A stretch of 32,000 bases of DNA from Mycoplasmoides pneumoniae FH (GTDB lineage: Bacteria; Bacillota_I; Bacilli_A; Mycoplasmatales; Mycoplasmoidaceae), in assembly GCF_001272835.1 (NCBI RefSeq), contig NZ_CP010546.1, positions 30,001 through 62,000 on the forward strand. The letters run 5' to 3'. Below, piece by piece: positions 11,392-19,274 of this stretch (within the stretch, counting starts at the first letter, position 1; each line of letters starts with the position of its first letter). A program made the translations under genes and the position numbers. Below the pieces are notes generated by a model. That model had not been told where the DNA came from and searched no databases. It was given only the letters and a program-made list of their open reading frames with translations.

Positions 11392-13392
11392 ATGAAAGCG
11401 TTCCGAAAATTGTTGCTGGGTCTCGCCTTACCCACAACCATCGGTCCCTTATTAGGCTTATTATTAACTAATACTGATACTGTCAAAAATGAAAGCTTAA
11501 CTACTGTGCGCCACAGGTCCAGCATTAACCAGGACTTTGATGGCATTTTTCATACCGTTAAGTTATTAGAACCAATCCAGCAAAGTAATGCTGATCCCGC
11601 CGCTAGTTTTGCGCTCTTTCAGCAAAAGTTTCCCAACCTAAAACGTGTAGCCAACTCCACCTTAAATACCTTTGATGTCTACAACCTTTTGAGTGGTTGG
11701 AAGAGTAGCTTAACAGCGTACCTCAACCAGGTGTTGGCACTCCAACAACGGATTAAAGCAGCTGATCAAATTTTCCCTAACCAAAAGGAAACTTTACCCA
11801 AGGATGAGAATCCCAACATCTTTGAAGTGTTAGGTGCATATGGTGGTAAGGGTTTCTTTCCCACGCTAGGATCCAACGGGTTACACCTGCCACCACAGCT
11901 GTTCCAGTTCTTCCGTGACTTCCAACTAAGTAGCTTTACCATTAAAGACTTTGAGGTAGCGTTAGTGAGTGAACCGGACATAGTGCAACATGACAAAGTG
12001 CGCTATGCCTTTCAGGTGCAATTTAACTTAGTGTTACAATTACAAATTAACCGTAACCCAGTGTTATTTGACTTTAACCTACAGTTAAAGACGAATAACT
12101 TTGCCAATCAAACCAGTTTTGATGAATTGTTTAACGAAAAAACTAATCCACTTAACTGGCAGTTCTTTAGCAAGCTTAAAGTTAACCATTTAGTGTATGA
12201 AGGCAATGACATAACTCAGTTAGCTAATACCTTATTACAAAGCCAGTTTAATGTCTTACAACTTGATTTAAATAAGTCAATTTACCGCTTGAACTTAAAC
12301 GCAATGGCACAGCGCTTTGAACACGACTGGGTACAACCGTTGTATGCCAAACGCACGCAGGCCAAAATTGCTTACGAAGCGGAACAAGCACGGATTGCGG
12401 CCGAGAACAAACGCAAGGAACTAGAACGGCAAAAGCTGTTAGCAGAATTGAAAGCCAAAGCTGAGCATTACCAAAAGATCAAGCAAGCACGGGAAAACAT
12501 GCTAAAGGGCTTAAAGAGTATTACTGATTTTGTCAAGTTCTGAAAGAGTCCGGACCGTTTATTAGTTGGCTTTAACAAACAGGACGACATTACTACTCGT
12601 GCTGGGGTTTACAAGGCGTTACAAATTGCTTACGCTAACTATCCGCAGTGAACCTTTTATCTAACCCTACAAGGTTGGAAGAATGGTTCGGAGTTGTTGT
12701 TAAAAAGACCTAGTTGAACTAACTTATTAAGTGATATCCACTTCCAAAAGGCCTTTAACTTAAAGAACACCGTATCAGAACAAACCCTGGGTGCAGCTAC
12801 CCTACCAGGTTATGGTTACTATGGCTTACGCATGAGTGACTGGTTGCGCTGGGCTTTGGGCTATTACTCCTATATCCATATGGGCGTACCGCAAAATGTA
12901 CAGACCAAGTTTACGGGCACCCCAGATAATGAACAACAAGTCTGGATTGCTAACGAACCGTTTGAATGGAACAAACATTACGGTGTTGGTCCTAAATACA
13001 AGGATAAGGCCTACCGCTTTAACATGGAAATTAGTTTTGAACTAGAGGGTTGAATTGCTGTTAAGTGGTGAGCATGAGCCTTTAAGGGTTCAATTCCTGG
13101 GAACTGAAAAGGCAAACTCAAAGTAACCCATCTGTTTGATGGTATGGTACCAGTGTGGGAATTGGGCCCAGTCAATACCCATTTACCCCAATACAGCTTT
13201 ACCGATCAGCAACAACTGTTGTTTGTACCCCACTCCATTCAAAAGATTGAAGCGATTGGTGCGGACAAAGGTATAAACGATCTTTTAAAAACCCAAAACC
13301 TCCATAACCTAGAGCGCTTGTCATACGAATCAACTAACCCAATTGACCTCATTTCTTACCTCTTGTACGCGATCCAGTACATTAAGGTTTAG
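11392..13392 (+). CDS. Island paralog 1: leader + coiled-coil + Trp-rich C-domain protein, MG032/MG096/MG288-like family (about 666 aa)
   Basis: Fragments 11389-12543, 12832-13053 and 13144-13392 share one frame, and the gaps contain only TGA codons. ATG 11392 is preferred; TTG 11389 is one codon upstream. The leader is [25 protein letters not shown] with no Cys. Family blocks are [35 protein letters not shown] and NWQFF, followed by a KE-rich stretch ([27 protein letters not shown]) and a W-rich C-domain ([27 protein letters not shown]). Ends TAG. Confidence 0.85.
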
Positions 13393-13495
13393 TCACTTTC
13401 AGCAGTTAAAGTTCAGGTGTAAAGTTAACGATTAAGATCAAAAACCGTTCCTAAAAAAAGATCTTTTTCTAAAATCTAAGCGAGTTACAACTCAA

Positions 13496-13534
13496 TTTAA
13501 ATTTTCTCTCTGGTTGGTTCGCCAACAGTTTTAG
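13496..13534 (+). promoter_or_regulatory. Family-conserved upstream element, copy upstream of paralog 2
   Basis: The element reads TTTAAATTTTCTCTCTGGTTGGTTCGCCAACAGTTTTAG. It includes the small hairpin GTTGG-TTCG-CCAAC (13513-13526) and ends 30 nt before ATG 13564. Confidence 0.45.
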
Positions 13535-13563
13535 CCACTTCAACATTCGTCAAACACCATTAA

Positions 13564-15585
13564 ATGAAAACACTGCACAAGTTGCTGTTGGGGCTTTCCT
13601 TACCAGCAATCCTCGGTCCGTTGTTTGGTCTACTAGTTACAAAAACTGATGCTGAATCACCAGTTGCAGCATTACATAAATCGAAATCTTTTAGCAAAAA
13701 CTTAGATAGTTTCCGCGCCTTATTTGTGGGCGAGGATATTGAGGAACAACTAGCTAAGGTACAACAACAAACACCAGAAGTTAGCTTTGCTAGCTTTCAA
13801 CAAAAGTTTCCTGATAAGGCCAGTTTAAGAAACGGTTTTCAACCAATTGATGTTTACAACTTTTTAAGTGGTTGAAAAGGTGCTTTAGAAAACTTCTTGG
13901 CTAAGGTAGTTGAACTGCAAAAGAAGATTAAAGCAGCTGACGATATTTTCCCGAACCAAAAGAAAAATCCCGACAAGAAAGATAACCCAAATGTTTTAGA
14001 AGTGTTAGGTGAATACGGTGGAGATGGTTTCTTTCCTACATTAGGTAATAACGGTTTAAACATCCCGGACCAAGTTTTCCAATCCTTTAATAACTTCCAA
14101 ATTGAGAACTATAAGATTAGTGACTTTAAGGTGGACATTGCCAGTGAACGTGACATTGTCCAACACGACAAGTTCCGTTTTAGTTATGTCGTTAACATTG
14201 GTTTAGAGTTAGCACTTTTAGTCAATAAGCGTCCGGTTTACTTTAACTTTAGCTTGGATCTGCGGACCAATAACTTCTCCAACCAAGCCGGTTTTAACGA
14301 AATCTTTAATGCGCCTGGTAACGCAGCTACTAACTGACAGTTCTTCAGCAAGATTAAAGTGAAACAGTTGAACTATGATGGTAATGACAGTACCCATTTA
14401 GCCAATACCCTCTTACAAGATCAGTTCAATACCTTAAACTTAAACTTGCAAAAGTCGATCTATGAGTTGCCATTAACCGAAATGGAAACTAAGTTCCAGC
14501 AAGAATATGTGGAACTTTTACTAGCTAAACGTAGAGAGGAAAAACGACTTTGGGATGAAGAACAAAAACGAATTGAAGCAGAACGGAAACAAAAAGAAGC
14601 AGAGCTAGCACAAATTCAGCGTGAACTTAAAGAAAAGGCTGAGAAGGATGCGGCGGTTAAACAAGCTCAAACTAACTTAAAAACTGCTCTAAGTAGTGTG
14701 GAAGGCTTTGTGAAATTCTGAACTGAAGGTGAAGACCGCATTAAGTTGGGTTTCACGAAGGAGGACAACCTTTATACCCGTGCAGGTTTAGTGAAAGCAC
14801 TCAAAATTTCGTTTGCTAACTACCGCGCTTGAACCTTCTACATTACCTTGCTTGGTTGAAAAGCAGGTAGTGAAAAGTTACTTCGGAAGACTAGCTGAAC
14901 TAACCTATTAAGTGACGTTAACTTCCAAAATGCTTTTGGCTTAAAAAATACAGCATCGGAAGAACAAGTTGGTAAAACATCATTACCAGGTTATGGTTAC
15001 TATGGAATTCGCATGAGTAACTGACTCCGTTGGGCATTAGGTTACTATGCTAATACCCATGCGGGTAGTCCACAAAATGTGAAAGCCACCATTGATGGTA
15101 ATCCAAGTGATACCACCAAAGTATGGATTGCACCAGAAGACTTTAAACAGGGTGTACACATTGGTGTGGGGGAACACTTCAAAGGTAAGGCTTACAAGTT
15201 TAAGTTTGAAGTTAGTTTTGAATTAGAAGGCTCGATTGCAGCCCACTGGTGAACTTTAGCCTTACGTGGTAACATCCCGGGCTACTGAAAGGGTAAACTC
15301 CAAGTAACCCACACTTTTGATGGTGATGTACCTTCCTGGTACTACGGTTCGGTACATACCCACGCTCCTGAATACCGTTTTACTGAAGATAACAAGCTAT
15401 TATTTGTACCGCACTCCATTCAAAAGATTACCGCTGTTGGTGGTGATAGTAATGGTGTCAACGGCTTGTTGAAATCACAAAACTTACATAATCTCGAACG
15501 TCAGTCTTATGAGGTTACAGCACCAATTGATCTAGTTTCCTATTTGATGTTTGCGATTGCTAAAGAACCAACAAATAACTGGTAG
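13564..15585 (+). CDS. Island paralog 2, same family (673 aa)
   Basis: Fragments 13564-13875, 13897-14337 and 14359-14721 share one frame, which continues through about 9 further TGA codons to TAG 15583-15585. No track ORF appears after 14721 only because the TGA spacing is under 60 aa. The blocks match paralog 1 ([31 protein letters not shown], coiled coil [41 protein letters not shown]-domain [22 protein letters not shown]). Confidence 0.85.
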
Positions 15586-15658
15586 TTCTTTGCTGTATAT
15601 AATTAGCGCTTTATCTAGCACTATTTAGATTTCAAAAAAAGTCTAAGTGTGAATAAAA

Positions 15659-15707
15659 ATACTAACAGCAAAACCTAATCAATATAGGCACTGTTGGTAT
15701 TTTTATT
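15659..15707. terminator. Bidirectional terminator-like hairpin between convergent paralog 2 and DUF16 copy A
   Basis: ATACTAACAG (15659-15668) pairs with CTGTTGGTAT (15691-15700): 10 bp with one mismatch (G.U on the plus RNA). An inner CCTA/TAGG pairing shortens the loop. The hairpin is flanked by T-runs on both strands (TTTTATT 15701-15707; plus AAAAAT 15655-15660 gives AUUUUU on the minus RNA). Confidence 0.5.
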
Positions 15708-15718
15708 GTTATTTGGAA

Positions 15719-16161
15719 TTATTTAGATTCCAAATTGTCTAGACGTCTGTTTATGCCTTCAAGTGCTTTCAAAATTAATCTAAGTGTTTCTCCTTGATTT
15801 TTTTGTTCAACTTGAAGCTCTTTAATTTGTTGGCCTTGAACGATAACAACTTCAGTTAGTCGATCAACTTTGTCCTCAACAACTTGAATCCTTTGACCCT
15901 GACTCTTTAACTCAGTTTCAATCTTTGTAAGTCGTTGGTCTTTTGATTTTTTGTACTCGTTAAACTCTTTACGCGTTACGTATTCAGTGTTCACTGGTAT
16001 AACCGGTTTGTTAAGTTTAAATTGTCTGTTGAAATTGCCAGAGAATTCCACACTGTTGTTGTCTTTGTCGATAATATATCAACCTGAAAAAGTACCCTTT
16101 TGGTCTTTTTCACCATGTCATGAAATTCTTTTTCGTTATAAAACGGAATTTTCTCTTTCAT
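15719..16161 (-). pseudogene. DUF16 (UPF0134-like) coiled-coil protein, copy A, with a frame change between its SD/ATG and the main ORF (147 aa if repaired)
   Basis: AAGGAGG (16177-16171) plus ATG 16161 opens MKEKIPFYNEKEFHDMVKKTK..., which terminates at TAA 15978-15976. The long ORF (...KGTFSGWYIIDKDNNSVEFSGNFNRQFKL...QIKELQVEQKNQGETLRLILKALEGINRRLDNLESK) is in the -1 frame, is open only from 16135, and has no ATG. The frames overlap at A-runs (plus T4 16098-16101, T5 16106-16110). Confidence 0.7.
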
Positions 16162-16170
16162 TAAGCCATA

Positions 16171-16177
16171 CCTCCTT
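16171..16177 (-). promoter_or_regulatory. Shine-Dalgarno AAGGAGG for DUF16 copy A
   Basis: Plus CCTCCTT reads AAGGAGG on the minus strand, 9 nt upstream of ATG 16161. Confidence 0.6.
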
Positions 16178-16364
16178 TCTTTTCAGTGAAATTTAAAAAG
16201 TAACTACTAATTGCAACTTTGTTGTCAACGAGGATCAACTGCTTGATTGATCAATATGCAAAATTATTTCTGTGCATAATATTGTCTCCACTAAATAAAT
16301 TGACCAGACTTTAAAAAGGTGCCAAAAATTAAATCAAAAAGTTTTTAAGGATTTTTAAAGGAGT

Positions 16365-16410
16365 AAAAGTACCAGCAGCTAACCAATAAAGATTAACTGC
16401 TGGTACTTTT
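16365..16410 (-). terminator. Rho-independent terminator-like hairpin downstream of DUF16 copy B
   Basis: There is a perfect 14-bp inverted repeat, AAAAGTACCAGCAG (16365-16378) and CTGCTGGTACTTTT (16397-16410), with an 18-nt loop, 15 nt past the TAG of copy B. The A/T runs are part of the stem ends. Confidence 0.6.
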
Positions 16411-16424
16411 ACTTTGTGCTTTAT

Positions 16425-16775
16425 CTACTTAGATTCCAATTTGTCTAAACGTTTGTTTATACCCTGGAGAGCTTCGAGTATTAATTGAAGTGTCTTGCCT
16501 TGAGCCTTTTGCTCAATTTGAAGTTCTTTGATTTGCTTGCCCTGAGCTCTGAATTCTTCCTTAGTTACAAATTTTTCACTAAGTTCAACTAGAAGATCTT
16601 GTTTGAACACTTCTAGTTTTTTATCCAGTTGTTTATGGGTGACGTATCCACTTTTACCTTTTTCCATATGGTTTAAATTGCCATGAAATCCCATGTCGTA
16701 GCTACCATCAGGTAGTTCTTCTTCCCATGTATAACAATCATTAATCTTATCTTTATTTAGTCTTTTCTTAAACAA
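16425..16775 (-). CDS. DUF16 (UPF0134-like) coiled-coil protein, copy B (116 aa from TTG; 124 aa if ATT 16799 is the start)
   Basis: The C-terminal half ([45 protein letters not shown]) is paralogous to copy A. There is no in-frame ATG near the 5' end. The track start is TTG 16775. AAGGAGG (16814-16808) lies 8 nt upstream of an in-frame ATT (16799-16797). Ends TAG 16425-16427, followed by a strong hairpin. Confidence 0.75.
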   Translation of the reverse strand: MFKKRLNKDKINDCYTWEEELPDGSYDMGFHGNLNHMEKGKSGYVTHKQLDKKLEVFKQDLLVELSEKFVTKEEFRAQGKQIKELQIEQKAQGKTLQLILEALQGINKRLDKLESK

Positions 16776-16807
16776 AGTAAGGGAAATTTTGCGTTTAATG
16801 GCAAAGA

Positions 16808-16814
16808 CCTCCTT
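16808..16814 (-). promoter_or_regulatory. Shine-Dalgarno AAGGAGG for DUF16 copy B
   Basis: Plus CCTCCTT reads AAGGAGG on the minus strand, 8 nt upstream of in-frame ATT 16799 and 32 nt upstream of TTG 16775. Confidence 0.55.
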
Positions 16815-17103
16815 TATTTATTGATTGGAAAAAGGTGAAAGTGTTTAAAGAGGTAGGCACCAACAGGTCACTGAGCGAGTTGACTGCCCAAATAAAATAA
16901 ATGATTTTTTAAAACTGTCATTTTATTACGCATACATCATTTAAATTACCCAAAAAACAAAAAGACGCCAAAAATTAGTGTGCAAATTTTACGAGTTTAA
17001 AAGTGTCTTTTTTAACTGGTAGAACTTTGTCTCAAAAATTAACAACAGTTAAACCGGCAAAAATAAAAATTTTGGGTTAAACTTTGGGGCGAGGTTTCCT
17101 CAG

Positions 17104-17141
17104 TTAAATATCCTTTTGGTTGGTTTTGCCAACAGTTTTAG
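17104..17141 (+). promoter_or_regulatory. Family-conserved upstream element, copy upstream of paralog 3
   Basis: The element reads TTAAATATCCTTTTGGTTGGTTTTGCCAACAGTTTTAG. The 3' 14 nt (GCCAACAGTTTTAG) are identical to the paralog-2 copy. The hairpin is GTTGG-TTTTG-CCAAC (17119-17133). Confidence 0.45.
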
Positions 17142-17176
17142 TTGTCAGATTTTTTATTTGAGATTGCTAATAATTA

Positions 17177-19213
17177 ATGACAAAACTCCCTAAATTGTTA
17201 CTGGGGTTAACCTTTTCTGTCTCACTTATACCGTTTTCTAGTTTGCTTATTACTAGTACTGATGTCAATAAGCAACCGGTTCCAACTGCCTTACAACGCA
17301 CTGGCGCCTCTGCCATTCATGAAGGTAGTTTTCAAACTATTACTTTAGGTCAAAGTTTAATGGAGCAAATTGAACAGCTCCAACAATTTACGCCAGCGCA
17401 GCGCTTTACCCAATTTAAAAAGAAATTTCCCAACCAAAAATTACTCAGTCAAAGTGAGTTAAGTCCAGTTGATGTTTACAATTTTTTAAGTGGTTGACAA
17501 GGTGCTTTGGTCTCTTTCTTGGATAGAGTAATTAAATTACAAGGCAAGGTTAAGGAAGCAAATGAAATTTTTAATCCAAATGTAGGTGATCAAATAGTTT
17601 TACCTAAAAAGGAAAACCCGAATGTTTTGGAAGTATTGGGCGAGTATAACGGTTTTGGTTTCTTCCCTACATTGGGTAAAAACGGATTAAACCTACCACA
17701 GCAAATCTTTGAAAACTTTACTGACTTTAAAGTAGAGAGTTACCAAATTAACGATTTCAAGGTAAGTCTAGTGGGCGAGCGTGACATTATTAAAAACGAC
17801 AAAGTCCGTTTTTCTTACGCGGTGCAAATACCACTCAACTTAGAACTGCTTGTTAACAACCAAAAGGTTACTTTCAATATTACGGTTGATTTGAGAACCA
17901 ATAACTTTTCTACCCAAGAGACTTTCAATGATTTATTCAACAATGGAACTGCACCAACCAACTGACAGTTTTTTAGTCGAATAAAGGTAAATAAGTTGCA
18001 CTATGACCAAACTGATGCCACCCATTTAGCTAACACCCTACTACAAGACCAGTTTAATGCGTTAAACCTTGATTTACAAAAATCGATTTACGACCTTAAC
18101 CTTGATGGTTTAGAAGAAAGGTTTGAAGAGGAATACGCTAAGCCACTTCGTGAAAAAAGAACTCAGCAAAAGAAAGAATGGGAAGAGGAATAGCGAAGAC
18201 GGGCAGAGGAAGATGCTAAACTGCAAAAAGAAATTGAAGAACAACAAAAGAAACAAAGAGAACAAGCAAAAAACGATGCTGAGCTCAAAAAAGCACAAGA
18301 TGATCTCAAAGTTGCGCTTAATAGTCTTGACGGTTTTGTTAAATTCTTTACATCAAACGAAGGTCGCTTTAAATTAGGTTTTGAAAAGACAGATGACATT
18401 AAAACCCGTGCAGGGTTATACAAGGCACTGAAAGTTTCTTTTAGTAACTACCGTGCTTGAACCTTCTATCTAACTTTATTAGGTTGGAAGGAAACTACCG
18501 CAAAGATACTTACAAAAGCTAATTGAAAAGATATAAGAAGTGACGCTAATTTACGCAAGGCCTTCGGTTTAAAAGAAAGTGCCAACGAAAAAGAGGCTTC
18601 CAGGGTCATTACTCCGGGTTATGGTTACCAAGGTATTCACTTAAAACAATCGTTGCGTGAGGCGATTGATAAATACGCTACTTACAGCGTTTCTCGACCA
18701 AATAACGTCACAACTTATTTACCTGGCAAAGTTGATGGAAGTGGAAAAGATCAAATTTGAATTTCGCCAAACAACTTTCAAGTGAATCGGGAATGGGGTA
18801 ATGGTGCACATTTTAAAGATAAAGCATATCGCTTTAATTTTGATGTCAAAGTTGAATATGATGTAGAGGTAAAAGCTGCTTGATGAACTGCTCTTTTCCG
18901 AGGTAGCATCCCAGGGTATTGAAAAGGTAAATTTAAAGTTACTTACTCCTTTAATGTTGAAGTACCTTCTTGAAACTATGGTGACAAGCAAGTGCGTCCA
19001 CCACAATACAGTTTTAAGGAACAAGAAAAACAACTTTTATTTGTACCACGTCATGTACAAAAAATTGAAGCTGAAGGTAAACACCTTGAAATAATTAATC
19101 CGTTCTTAAAAGATCAACATTTAGATTTTTTTGAACACTACCACCCAGATTTAACGCAGCCTTTAGACATGGTGTCATACCTAATGTATGCCATCGCTGA
19201 CAAGGTGAAATAA
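17177..19213 (+). pseudogene. Island paralog 3, same family, interrupted by one in-frame TAG (678 codons otherwise)
   Basis: Fragments 17177-17497, 17507-17965 and 17996-18193 are joined by TGA, but 18191-18193 is TAG inside the coiled-coil region (..[27 protein letters not shown]..). The same frame stays open (TGA only) for another 1020 nt through all C-domain family blocks, to TAA 19211-19213. Confidence 0.8.
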
Positions 19214-19274
19214 CAAAAACATTTTGTCTGACAGTTGTAGCGACTCTTATCCATTTCTCAATTAATTATTAGTA

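Noticed and set aside
11392-11470. Large paralogs as lipoproteins (hydrophobic leader)
   Set aside because: None of the six leaders contains a Cys in or after the hydrophobic segment. The only nearby Cys (SLSC in paralog 6, about 48 aa in) is far from the h-region and lacks a lipobox context.
12836-13045. 69-aa plus ORF overlapping 12832-13053 in another frame; also 18123-18377(+), 28737-28922(+), 20740-20931(+), 20956-21171(+)
   Set aside because: These are alternative frames inside the reconstructed paralog genes. The family-conserved blocks lie in the other frame in every copy.
18719-19033. Minus-strand ORFs 18719-19033 and 20904-21143 that resemble each other (…LWWTHLLVTIVSRRYFNIKG… versus …LWRTHLDVTILPRRYDTIKG…)
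   Set aside because: Their similarity is the antisense image of the paralogous C-domains of paralogs 3 and 4. The sense frames carry the family blocks and the TGA-Trp pattern, so the minus ORFs are not independent genes.
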